A stretch of 64,000 nucleotides of DNA from an uncultured Kofleriaceae bacterium (GTDB lineage: Bacteria; Myxococcota_A; Polyangia; Haliangiales; Haliangiaceae). Made by a program: the position numbers and the translations under genes. Under the pieces are notes generated by a model. That model was given only the letters and a program-made list of their open reading frames with translations, was not told where the DNA came from and searched no databases. Positions 21,622 to 30,763 of this stretch are shown here, piece by piece. Numbering within the stretch: the first letter of the stretch is position 1; the number at the start of each line of letters is the position of its first letter. The stretch covers positions 69,908 through 133,907 of the forward strand of contig CAZUAR010000003.1 in assembly GCA_964617845.1 (NCBI GenBank), in the 5' to 3' direction.

Positions 21622-22096
21622 CCTCCGACCGGGAGGGCTTCCGTGACTCCATGCATCAACCAGTGAGTACATACCTTCGTACCCGGGCGTCGCGGAGCGT
21701 CCGCATCCCGGTCCGGAGTCTGACGTAACGACGCACGCCTGCGTGACAACTTCTCTGGTGGGAGCAGTTGAGGCGTGTCGCCCGGCACTGCGCCCCCTTC
21801 CGCAAGTGGTGCCTTCGAGCTGATTGGATCGTCTCACGCCGTCGACTTCGGTCTCGCGTCGGATCGAGAGTGCCGCTGATCGCAAGGTCAGCTTGTAGCT
21901 CGATCCGAGCAGATCGTCTCCGGACCAGGCGCGCTACCGGTCATCTACGTTGCCTCTGACGAGCGGTGCTCGCGGCTCTTGCGCGCGCTGCCACCCGAGA
22001 GGCCATGGTGATGATCGAGAGCGCAGCGGGCTCCTCGACGCACATTTACGCGCGGCTATCGCCGCGCAACCCGATTTTGTGGACACTCGACTACAC

Positions 22097-25000
22097 AGGA
22101 TGCGCGACCTCGAGCTCTCGCGGCGGATCGACGACGGCATCGTCACGCCCGACGATCTCGCGCCGCTGGCGATGACCCCGCTCGGTGGTCGCGGCGTGTT
22201 CCTCGGCCGGCTCGCGGCGCTCGCGGCGCACGAGGATGCGGCGCTGCGCACGGCGGCGCTCGCGTGCCTGGCGGGTGCGCGCGGAATGCGAGCTGTGCGC
22301 GCCATCGTCGCGCGGCTCGATGACGCCGACGAGAGGGTGCGAGCAGCGGCGGTCGACGCGCTGCGCGTGACCGCCCGCGAGGCGCCGCATCGCTACGCGC
22401 ACGCGCTGTTTCACCCGCGCGTCGACGTGCGGCGGATGGCGCTGCACCAGGTGCCGTCGGGGATCGCGGAGGTCGCGTCGTACCTGCGCGCGGATCCCGA
22501 GTGCGCGGATCTGATCAAGGACGTGCCGTGGCCCGATCCGAGGCTGCCGCTCGTGTTCGACCTGCACGCGACGGCAATGCTCGGCTCGGCGGAGATGATC
22601 CGCATCGTCGCGTGGTCGCCTCCGCACGAGATGAGGTCGTTCCTCGAGCGCGAGCACGGACGCATGGAGTCGGAGGTCGACGCGTACCTCGAGCAGTGCG
22701 CGCGCGATCCGGTGCTCGTGCCCGCGCCGCGCGCGGATGCGATCGATCAGCTGTGGCGCGCGATCGCGGAGGCAGGCGCGTACGAGCGCGAGCTCGAGAT
22801 GGTGATCGTCACCGCGACCCTGGCGAAGAAGAAGAACCCGATCGGGCGGCGCATGGTGGCGTCGCTGCTCTCGCACCTCGCGCGCGATCCGAGGCCCGAG
22901 CTGTGGGGCGCGCTCGCGACGCTGGAGCCGCGCTCGCTCGACTGGGCGTGCTTCGATCGCACGCAGGCGGACGCGGTCGCCGCCGCGCTGATTCGCTTCA
23001 AGTGGCCCGTGCGCCCGCTCGCCGCGCAAGCGCTGCGGCTGTTGAACCTCGCGTGGGTGAAACGCGACCTCGCGCTCGCCGCGGCGATCGCCGGCCTGTT
23101 GCCCGCGAAGCGCCTGCACCGGCTCGCGGAGGCCTTCGGCGAGCCCGCGCTCCTCGACGCGCTCGTCGCGGACGATCGCGGATGGGTCCAGATCTGTCAC
23201 CTGCCGCAGGAGAAGCCGCCGCACGATCAACGCTGGCTCGCACAGATCGAGCGCACGCGGCCCGCGCGAACCGCGGAGCTGGCGGGCATCGCGCTCGGCA
23301 TCTTCAGCGGGAAGCGGCTCGAGGCGTTCATCGATCAACTTCAACGCCGCACGCGCCCGCTCGCGTTCATCGCGCTCGTGCGGCGCACCGCGCTCGAGGC
23401 CGACGATCCGCGCATCCTGACGGCGGCGGCGATGATGTCGACGCGGATCGATCGCGCCGGGTGGACCGAGGTGCTCGCGGCGCTGCTCGAGCCGGGCACG
23501 CCGCAGCGCGAGCTCCTCGTCGCGATCATCGTGATCCGCGCGCTCGCCGACAACATGGTCAAGACCGTCGCGACGGCGCTGTCGGATGCCGCGCTCCTGC
23601 GCGTCGTCGAGATCGTGGACACCGTCGACGGCGAGGACGCGCTGCCGCGCAGTCGCGAGGTCGCGCTCGCCGAGGCCGCGTCGCTGCGCAAGGACCCCGC
23701 GCTGCTCCTGTGGTCCGCGAAGATCCTCGCGCCCGCGACGTCGGCACCCACCGTCGTGGTGCCGCCGGTGCGCGCGAAGCGAACGCTGACCGAGGACGAG
23801 CAGAGGGAGATCATCGCCGCGCCGCTCGCCAAGCTCGAGGAAGCGCTCGCACCCGCGCTCGGCTCGCCGACGGCGGGGCTCGTCGACGCGCTGTCGCGGC
23901 GCGCGGCGCATCCGAGCGTCGCTGCGTGCGCGGCGCTGCTCGGGTGCGTCGATCCGATGCCGGAGGTCGCCGTCCAGCTCGACCGCTTCGCCGAGCGCAC
24001 CGCGAAGTTCGAGTCCGCGCTCGACAACGCGGCCGCGGCCGCGTGGGGCACCGGCCGCCCTGCCCTGTCGAACCTGCCGCTATTCGAGGACTCGCAGCTC
24101 CCGGCGCTCGTGCACGCGAGACTCTGGCGCTGGGAAGCGCACACCGAGCAGCTCGCGAAGTGGATCGCGCGCTTCGGCAGTGCGCACGGCGCGCTGACGG
24201 CGATCGCCGGGCTCGAGGGCTGGCTCGCCGTCTCGACGATGTGGCGCGGCATCGCGGAGGTGCTCGTGTTCGCGCGCTATCGCGATCGCACGCGCTTCTT
24301 CGCCGAGGGCACCGAAGCGCTCGCGAAGTACGCGGCGGAGCGAGTCGACCAGCACTTCGGGCTGCAGGCGGCACGCGTGTGCGTCGCGCTCGTCGAGGGT
24401 GGCGCCGTGCCGATCACGTCGATCCGCTCGATCATCCTCGACCGCACGCCCGACGCCGACGCGGAAACGCGCGATCAGCTCGCGCGCTTGATCCGCCTCG
24501 ACGGCATGCCGACGCCGCCGCGCACGATCGAGATCGGCATCACGTCGGCATCGCTGATCGAGAAGATTCGCTCCACGAAGGATCTCGACGCGCTCGAGCG
24601 GTACTGCGCCGACGCGCGGTTCGCGGTCGTGCAGGAAGCGGTGCTGATGATGCTCACGATGGGCGAGCACGGACAGCTTCGCCTCGCGCACCTGCTCGCG
24701 CGCCTCGGGGAGCTGCCCGCGCCGGTGCCGCTGCTCGCGAGCATCGCGCTGTGGGACTCCCCCGCGGCGCTCGACATCGCGCGCACGCTCGCCGCAAACG
24801 CGAACCTTCCCGCGGAGTGGCAGTTCCATCTGTGCCTCGGTCTCGGCGACATCCAGCGCGCGATCGCGGCGATTCACGTGCCCGGTACGAGCTGGTTCCG
24901 CCGCACCGACTGGGACGCGCTGACCAAGCAGATCACGCTCCGCGAAGCGGCGCTCGCGCTCGTCGATGCGCCGCATCACCACGCCTACGCGCGCTCCGTC

Positions 25001-27118
25001 GAGGTGCTCCTCGAAGATCCGCACACGAACAACCCGGACCTGCGCTCCGCGCTCCATCGCTTCCTCGAGGTCAGCTCCGCGCGACCGACGCACCTGCGCC
25101 GCACCGTCGCGCGCCGCCTCGCGGTCGACATCGACGATCTGCTCGGCATCCCGATCCTCGTCGACGAGCTGATCGACATCGGCCCGGGCGGCTCGAGCTG
25201 GATGGACGCCCTGTCGCGCAGAGCCGGCGAGCAGATCGCGCGCGGCGTCGTCGAGGCCGCGCTCGTCGGCGGTCACGGCGTGTGCGCCGAGAAGCGGCTG
25301 TGGGAGATCCTCGCGAAGCTGGATCACGCGAAGCTGCTCGAGCAAGAGGTCGCCGCCGAGCTCTACGCGCTGATGCTCGACGAGGCGATGACATCGCAGC
25401 TCCGCAACCTGGCCGCGCAGCACGCGATCGGTTCGACGCTCGCCCACTCGCGCTTGCTCGCGGTCGCCGAGGTCTTCGCCTGGGGCGTGCGGCGCGGCAT
25501 CGAGCTGACCGGGCGCCTCATGCGGTTCCACCTCACGAGCAAGGAGAAGGACCTCGGCCACACGTACCTCGACGGCAACCAGGTGTTCGTGTCCGCGCTG
25601 CCGATGCTGCGCGGCGAACCGCACGGCGTCGACGTCGTCGAGGGCCTCGTGCTCCACGAGCTCGGGCACCACGCGTACCACCGCGGCGAGCAGGCGCAGG
25701 CGCTGTGGAAGCAAGCGCACGCCGAGGGCATCGGCCACCTGCTGAACCTGATCGCCGACGAGCACCTCGAGCGAAACCTGCGCGCGCTCGATGCGTCGTA
25801 CGGCGATCGCCTGAAGCGCCTCGACGCGTACGCGTTCCAGCACGCGCCCCAGGAGCTGAGGCTCCACGCGCTGCTCGAGACGCTGCGCGGCTCCGCGGCG
25901 AGCGCGCTCACCGGCACCGAGCTCGGCGTCGCCTTCGACGAGCTGTGCGTCCGCCTCCGCCGCGGCGCGATCCTCACGCAGCTCGAGAAATCGGGCCACC
26001 CGCTCGCTCGCTTCGCGCGCGCGCTCCGCATGGGGCTCGGCAATCGCCATGGCGATCCGCTCGTCGGCGCCGCGCTCGATCTGTGCGGCCGCGATCTGCG
26101 CAAGCACGACATGCAGGGCCTCTACAACCTGACGAAGCAGGTCGCCGCGATGTTCGGAGGCGCGGTCTCCGTCGCCAAGGTCTTCGGTGGGCCCGAGGGC
26201 CTCGGCTTCGGAGAGCGCGACGAGGACGTGTTCGCCGGTGGCATCGACGACGACGTCCTGCAGCGCGAGGTCGAGCGCATCCTCGATCCGAAGCGCGGCA
26301 AGGGCCCGCGCAAGCCCGGCGAGATCGATCGCCTGCAGATCAACGTCAACCCCGACGAAGACTTCGAGCGCATCACGAACGTGCGCAAGATCAAGGGCTC
26401 GCCCGAGGACCATCGCCGGCTCGTCGCCGAGGTCAACCGCCACTCCATTCGCCTGCGCACGCACCTCGACGAGCTCGGCCTGCGCTGGCTCCCCGTGAAG
26501 GCGCGCACGAAGGGCCACGCCCTCGACCGCGGTCGCCTTCGCTCGCTGATCACGCACGGCGATCCGCGGATCCTGCAAGCGCGCACGCCGACGCGCCGCA
26601 CCGACCTCTTCCTCGGCACCATCATCGACTGCTCGGGCTCGATGTCCGCCGGCAACAACCTCGAGCGCGCGCGCAAGTTCGCCGTCCTGATCGCGGAAGC
26701 CGTTCGTCCGCTTCCCGGCGTCGAAGCCCGGTTCTTCGGCTTCACCGACTCGACGATCTACGACGCCGGCGACTCCGCGAATTGCAACGTGACCGCGCTC
26801 CGCTCCGAGGGTGGCAACAACGACGCCGCCGCGCTCTTCCACGCCGCGAACGTCGCGCTCTCCTCGCGCAAGCGCGCGCGCGTCCTCGTGATGATCAGCG
26901 ACGGCCTCCCGACCGAGTGCTCCGTCGCTGCGCTGCGCGGACTCGTCACCACGCTGACCAAGCGCAAGGGCATCGTCTGCGCGCAGGTCGCGGTCCGCGC
27001 CCTCGAAGAAGAGTGCTTCCCGAACTACGTCGTCCTCGACGACGCGGCCATCGAGACCGCGGTCGCCAAGTTCGGCCGCATGATCGGCGACCTCACCCGC
27101 AAGGCGCTCTCCGCCTGA
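22097..27118 (+). CDS. giant HEAT-repeat protein with an HExxH-like motif (HELGHHAYH) and a C-terminal von Willebrand factor A (vWA) domain
   Basis: N-terminal PBS-lyase/HEAT-like repeats (RVRAAAVDALRVTAREAP, VDVRRMALHQ). LVLHELGHHAYHRGE lies near residue 1180. The C-terminal vWA has a MIDAS motif DCSGSMS followed by GFTDS...MISDGLPTE. The start at ATG 22097 is uncertain; the ORF is open back to 21950. Confidence 0.7.
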   Translation, partial: RMRDLELSRRIDDGIVTPDDLAPLAMTPLGGRGVFLGRLAALAAHEDAALRTAALACLAGARGMRAVRAIVARLDDADERVRAAAVDALRVTAREAPHRYAHALFHPRVDVRRMALHQVPSGIAEVASYLRADPECADLIKDVPWPDPRLPLVFDLHATAMLGSAEMIRIVAWSPPHEMRSFLEREHGRMESEVDAYLEQCARDPVLVPAPRADAIDQLWRAIAEAGAYERELEMVIVTATLAKKKNPIGRRMVASLLSHLARDPRPELWGALATLEPRSLDWACFDRTQADAVAAALIRFKWPVRPLAAQALRLLNLAWVKRDLALAAAIAGLLPAKRLHRLAEAFGEPALLDALVADDRGWVQICHLPQEKPPHDQRWLAQIERTRPARTAELAGIALGIFSGKRLEAFIDQLQRRTRPLAFIALVRRTALEADDPRILTAAAMMSTRIDRAGWTEVLAALLEPGTPQRELLVAIIVIRALADNMVKTVATALSDAALLRVVEIVDTVDGEDALPRSREVALAEAASLRKDPALLLWSAKILAPATSAPTVVVPPVRAKRTLTEDEQREIIAAPLAKLEEALAPALGSPTAGLVDALSRRAAHPSVAACAALLGCVDPMPEVAVQLDRFAERTAKFESALDNAAAAAWGTGRPALSNLPLFEDSQLPALVHARLWRWEAHTEQLAKWIARFGSAHGALTAIAGLEGWLAVSTMWRGIAEVLVFARYRDRTRFFAEGTEALAKYAAERVDQHFGLQAARVCVALVEGGAVPITSIRSIILDRTPDADAETRDQLARLIRLDGMPTPPRTIEIGITSASLIEKIRSTKDLDALERYCADARFAVVQEAVLMMLTMGEHGQLRLAHLLARLGELPAPVPLLASIALWDSPAALDIARTLAANANLPAEWQFHLCLGLGDIQRAIAAIHVPGTSWFRRTDWDALTKQITLREAALALVDAPHHHAYARSVEVLLEDPHTNNPDLRSALHRFLEVSSARPTHLRRTVARRLAVDIDDLLGIPILVDELIDIGPGGSSWMDALSRRAGEQIARGVVEAALVGGHGVCAEKRLWEILAKLDHAKLLEQEVAAELYALMLDEAMTSQLRNLAAQHAIGSTLAHSRLLAVAEVFAWGVRRGIELTGRLMRFHLTSKEKDLGHTYLDGNQVFVSALPMLRGEPHGVDVVEGLVLHELGHHAYHRGEQAQALWKQAHAEGIGHLLNLIADEHLERNLRALDASYGDRLKRLDAYAFQHAPQELRLHALLETLRGSAASALTGTELGVAFDELCVRLRRGAILTQLEKSGHPLARFARALRMGLGNRHGDPLVGAALDLCGRDLRKHDMQGLYNLTKQVAAMFGGAVSVAKVFGGPEGLGFGERDEDVFAGGIDDDVLQREVERILDPKRGKGPRKPGEIDRLQINVNPDEDFERITNVRKIKGSPEDHRRLVAEVNRHSIRLRTHLDELGLRWLPVKARTKGHALDRGRLRSLITHGDPRILQARTPTRRTDLFLGTIIDCSGSMSAGNNLERARKFAVLIAEAVRPLPGVEARFFGFTDSTIYDAGDSANCNVTALRSEGGNNDAAALFHAANVALSSRKRARVLVMISDGLPTECSVAALRGLVTTLTKRKGIVCAQVAVRALEEECFPNYVVLDDAAIETAVAKFGRMIGDLTRKALSA

Positions 27119-27807
27119 TGGCGCTCTCGAACATCGAGCTGCTGTCGCGCCAGGTCGACCTCGATCCGTACGGGCTCGCGATCCTCGTCACCGATACGAG
27201 CCACGCGATCCGCACCGGCGCGGACTTCCCGTCGCATGTCCTGTCGTCGATTCGCTTCGCGTTCCTCGAGCTGCCCCGCCGTCCGCCACCGGAGCGCCCA
27301 CACGTCCTCGATCGATTCGCCCCGATGCTCGATCTCGACTACCGCGCGGGACCCGTCTACGCGATTCCACCGTCGCTACCGCTCGATCCCTCGGCACACA
27401 TCGAGCGCGACCTCGCGCGCCTCGCCGACGCGAACCCCGGCAACTGGCACCCGGTCGAGTGGCGCGAGCTCCTCGACGGCAAGCTTGGTCCCGTCACCAT
27501 CGCCACCGTCGACGATCGCGTCGCCTCGATCTGTCACACGCCCTACGCGCCGACACGCGACATCGCCGAAGCCGGCGTGTGGACGCACGCGGACTTCCGC
27601 GGCCGAGGCCTCGCGAGCGCCACCGTCGCTGCGTGGTCACACATCGACTTCGGCGCGCGCCACCTGTTCTACTCGACCACTCACGACAACCTCTCGTCGC
27701 AACGCGTCGCCGCGCGCCTCTCGCTGCCGCTGCTGGGCTGGACGCACCGCCTCGAGTCACCACGGCCTCGGCGAGCACTGCACCCGCTCTGCAGTCTGCA
27801 GACGTGA
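27117..27807 (+). CDS. GNAT-family N-acetyltransferase
   Basis: The ATG overlaps the upstream TGA (ATGA coupling). The motif VWTHADFRGRGLASATVAAWS matches the GNAT acetyl-CoA-binding Q/RxxGxG/A signature. Confidence 0.7.
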
Positions 27808-27928
27808 CATCCATGGACGCCAACGCCGCTGGCTGTGCACCGCTCGTACATCGCAGGCGCCCCCGCGTTGTCCGTCCACGCACCTCCCCGCACCGAGCGC
27901 GGGCACGTGCATTGCTCGGTGCGATCGC

Positions 27929-28282
27929 ATGATTCGCGTTGCCGTCGCCCTCTGTCTGCTGGTTGGCTCCAGCACCCTCGTGGCCTGCGAAGGAGGCAAG
28001 AGCGGTGACGGGCTCGAAGAAGGAGTCACGCCCGCACCGGGCGGCGGCTTCTGCTGCCCGATCGATCCCGGCTCGTGCGACTGCTTCCGCAACGGCGGCT
28101 GGATCGCCGACCGCGCCGACACCTGCCCCGCCATCTGCGATCTCGCGCCCACGAACACCTCGATCAGGATCGACGAGCACGGCTGCGAGGTGCTGACCGG
28201 GCCGGAGTCCTGCCTGACGCCGCTGTTCGACGCGAGCGTCGATGCACCCGACGCCCCACCGCAGGAGCCGCAACAGCCGTGA
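27929..28282 (+). CDS. small Cys-rich lipoprotein
   Basis: MIRVAVALCLLVGSSTLVAC lipobox. 117 aa with a CCPIDPGSCDC cluster. Confidence 0.5.
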   Translation: MIRVAVALCLLVGSSTLVACEGGKSGDGLEEGVTPAPGGGFCCPIDPGSCDCFRNGGWIADRADTCPAICDLAPTNTSIRIDEHGCEVLTGPESCLTPLFDASVDAPDAPPQEPQQP

Positions 28283-28796
28283 TCGCAGCGGCCATCGCGA
28301 GGCGGTGATCGGCGTTCCACGGCGGGCCGAGCTTCTTGCCGGTCTCGCGCACCACCTTGTCGACGCCCGGCGCGGACAGCACCGTCTTTGCGTCGAACCA
28401 CACAATCCTCCACCCGAGCTCGCGCGCGGCCTTCGCCAGCGCCTGGCGATACATGATCCAGTCCGCGTTGTTCTGCGCCCAGTAGTCCGTGATGCGCTCC
28501 TCGATCGTCGCGGGCAGCTCGGGACACACGCGGAGCGCGATCGTCGAAATCTTCACGTCGCCCGCGAGTTCCTTCAACGCCGCGAGCGAACATTTCTCCG
28601 CCGACACGCGCACACGCTCGACGAGCGCCACGCCCTCGTCGAGCGGCAACAGCTGCGCCTCGGTGTGATGCGGGATCGCGGGCAAGCCGTCCTCCACCAA
28701 CGTGACGCGACGGCGATCCACGAGCGCGCCGTCCGCGACCGTCACCAGCACGGCCCAACCGCCGTGATCCGACACGCTGACGACTGCATTCACCAT
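28164..28796 (-). CDS. hypothetical protein
   Basis: 210-aa ORF with a natural-looking composition for the first about 170 aa. Its Arg-rich tail overlaps the convergent lipoprotein gene by about 118 bp, so the true 3' end may differ. Confidence 0.4.
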   Translation of the reverse strand: MVNAVVSVSDHGGWAVLVTVADGALVDRRRVTLVEDGLPAIPHHTEAQLLPLDEGVALVERVRVSAEKCSLAALKELAGDVKISTIALRVCPELPATIEERITDYWAQNNADWIMYRQALAKAARELGWRIVWFDAKTVLSAPGVDKVVRETGKKLGPPWNADHRLAMAAAITAVAAPAVGRRVHRRSRRTAASGRTPARSAPRSRARRS

Positions 28797-28805
28797 GCAG
28801 CGATT

Positions 28806-29108
28806 CTAGCGGACGAGGTCGTGATCTATCTCGTAGGCGCCTCGCGAGAACACATCGTCCATCCTCGGCCCGAACCCGCTCGTGATCGTCGCGTACGACT
28901 TCGCTGGATGCCCGCACAGCGATCGCACGAGCTTCACGTGCGTCTGCCCGCCACGCACCGCGATCGTCAGCGCGCGCGAGCGCCAGACGAACCCACTCGG
29001 CGCCGGATCGCACCTGCCCCGTTCGCCGACCAGCTCGTCGATAGCAGCACCAAGCGCACGCGATCGAGCGCGACCTCGATTGCCACGCGTGGCCACCAGG
29101 GCCGTCAC
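28806..29108 (-). CDS. small hypothetical protein
   Basis: 100-aa ORF ending 10 bp upstream of the next same-strand gene. No recognisable family. Confidence 0.2.
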   Translation of the reverse strand: MTALVATRGNRGRARSRALGAAIDELVGERGRCDPAPSGFVWRSRALTIAVRGGQTHVKLVRSLCGHPAKSYATITSGFGPRMDDVFSRGAYEIDHDLVR

Positions 29109-29169
29109 TCGATCGTTCCCGACCGCCAGCCGCTCCGCGCGAGATGGCCGATACTGTCAAGGGCACGCT

Positions 29170-29634
29170 ATGACGACGACGTTCGCGATTCACCTCCTGC
29201 GCCCTCGGTCTGGTTGGGTCGACGTCGATCTCACCCTCGGCGCGCATCGCGTCCATTTCGCCGCGTCGCACGTCCTGAACGATCCGGTCGAGGAGCTGGC
29301 GGGGTTCGGCTTGTTGCTCATGCAGCCACCAGACGTCGCTCGGCCATCCGTCAGGTTCTGGCTCGAACCGGCCGGGTACGAGCTGCTGGCCTCCGAGGAA
29401 GATCCCACCGAGCTTCGTCTTCGGTATGCGAAGAACGCATATCCGCGGCTCGACGATCCGATCGACGTGACGCGCATGCGTCTACCTCGAAGGACATGCG
29501 GCGCGGAGATCGCGCGCTGCCTCAGAAGCGCGAGCGCGGAGTTCGTCCAAGCGCGCAGCGAGAATCGCCACGCGTGGAACCAACCCTTCCCCGAAGAGCT
29601 CCTCTCGTTGCTGGAGTCGACGCTCCGCAATTGA
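29170..29634 (+). CDS. hypothetical protein
   Basis: 154 aa from ATG 29170 (MTTTFAIHLLRPRSGWVDVDL...). Mixed hydrophobic/charged composition typical of a globular protein. No family recognised. Confidence 0.4.
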   Translation: MTTTFAIHLLRPRSGWVDVDLTLGAHRVHFAASHVLNDPVEELAGFGLLLMQPPDVARPSVRFWLEPAGYELLASEEDPTELRLRYAKNAYPRLDDPIDVTRMRLPRRTCGAEIARCLRSASAEFVQARSENRHAWNQPFPEELLSLLESTLRN

Positions 29635-29646
29635 CGCCTTCGTTCA

Positions 29647-30384
29647 TCATCGACGCTTTGATTTCCGGCGGGGTAGTGGCCTGACCGCCGGAGCTTCTCC
29701 GAGCCGGAGCAAGCCGTGACGGCGCCATCCGACGCGCAGCAACCACACCGTCGCCGGCGCGCACGGGTTCAGCATCGACACGAGCTCGCGCTTCCACCAC
29801 GAATCGATCACGAGTGGCTGTGCCCACCCGTCGAACCACGCGGCGCTCGAGCACGGATCGAACCACGTCGGATCATCGAACGAGCTCGGCGCGTGATGAA
29901 GCGCGTTGTTCAGCACGTAGCGCAACGCGTTCCGCACCTCGGTCGGCGTCCGCAACGGACGGCAGTGATAACGATCACCAAACACGGATCCACGCCGACC
30001 TACGATTCGATTGATCGCTCTCGCGACGCGCACCTCGAACGCGGCGATCCCCGAGCTCCGCGCCAGGTCGTGCGCTGATTCGGTGATGAGGTGCAGGTGG
30101 TTCGACTCGACGTTGAAGTGAACGATGCGGAAGTCCGCGCGATGCGAGCGCGCGATCGCGTCGCGAATCGCGATCACGAATCGACGCTGTCGCAACGAGG
30201 GCAGCCCTTCGAGCAGCCGCAACGTGACGTGCTGCGGAAGAACCGATGCGGGGATCGATTCGCGCGCTTCATGGCCGACCCGCGACTTGCCACGCGGTCG
30301 GCCGGCGCCAGGACGCCAGCCACCGTGCCCAGACGGAACGCGTGCGTCATCGAATGTCAGTTGTGGTGATCGTCGACGACGCAC
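29647..30384 (-). CDS. IS200-like Y1 (HuH) transposase homolog (RAYT-like), second copy
   Basis: HuH motif HFNVESNHLHLITES. N-terminal GWRPGAGRPRGKS matches the RPGAGRP of the first copy. GTG start proposed at 30384. Flanked by about 30-bp direct repeats. Confidence 0.6.
   Translation of the reverse strand: MRRRRSPQLTFDDARVPSGHGGWRPGAGRPRGKSRVGHEARESIPASVLPQHVTLRLLEGLPSLRQRRFVIAIRDAIARSHRADFRIVHFNVESNHLHLITESAHDLARSSGIAAFEVRVARAINRIVGRRGSVFGDRYHCRPLRTPTEVRNALRYVLNNALHHAPSSFDDPTWFDPCSSAAWFDGWAQPLVIDSWWKRELVSMLNPCAPATVWLLRVGWRRHGLLRLGEAPAVRPLPRRKSKRR
29650..29683. repeat. flanking repeat copy 1 (ttgatttccggcggggtagtggcctgacc) with an internal hairpin TCCGGCGG-N13-CCGCCGGA
   Basis: Seen directly. 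A near-identical copy is at 30408..30438. Confidence 0.55.
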
Positions 30385-30407
30385 ACAACCGATCTCGCAC
30401 ACGAGTC

Positions 30408-30438
30408 TGATCTTGATTTCCGGCGGGGAAGTGGTCAG
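30408..30438. repeat. flanking repeat copy 2 (ttgatttccggcggggaagtggtcaggcc)
   Basis: Seen directly. About 27/30 identity to the copy at 29650. It lies immediately upstream of the transposase-like gene start. Confidence 0.55.
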
Positions 30439-30709
30439 GCCAAGTTGCTGATCACGCCGCGACGGCGATTTCGAAACTCTTCCATTCGCGCCAACGTCTT
30501 TGTTCCTCAAGCTGAGCTGCGAGGCCCCGGGGACGATCCCGCAATGATCGCTGCGGCTCATGCGGAGGCGCTACGCGCTCGCCGTTCTGAATCTTCCGCG
30601 CCATTCACAGACGGCGAATAGTGTCGACCAACACTTCGCTGCGACCATCGCGTTGGCAAAACCGAGGTCGCGGCCGTGAAGAGTCCCGTGACGTCGTCAG
30701 GTCGATGTG

Positions 30710-30760
30710 ATCAACACCAAAACAAATGCCCGCGAGGACCTCGTCGATCCCCGCGGGCTT
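30710..30760 (-). terminator. Rho-independent terminator of the rtcB-mvp operon
   Basis: On the minus strand, GCCCGCGGGGAtcgacgagGTCCTCGCGGGC (11-bp arms with one non-canonical G·T pair, 9-nt loop) is followed by AUUUGUUUUGGUGUU, 5 nt after the MVP stop codon. Confidence 0.65.
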
Positions 30761-30763
30761 CTT

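Noticed and set aside
21830-21870. GGCAC...GCA sigma-54-like match in the 640-bp leader upstream of the HEAT/vWA gene
   Set aside because: The spacing between the GG and GC elements does not fit the GG-N10-GC rule.
22091-26842. Long minus-strand ORFs (22091..23911 and 24080..26842)
   Set aside because: Antisense to the HEAT/vWA gene. Arg/Glu-rich low-complexity products.
22501-27807. 1768-aa plus-strand ORF in an alternate frame
   Set aside because: Frame-shifted overlay of the HEAT/vWA gene with an Arg/Ala-saturated product. Only its last about 230 codons (27117..27807, GNAT) are a real gene in that frame.
28806-29634. A functional or system-level call for the small ORFs 28806..29108 and 29170..29634
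   Set aside because: No motifs, partners or conservation are visible from sequence alone. They are kept only as low-confidence hypothetical CDS.
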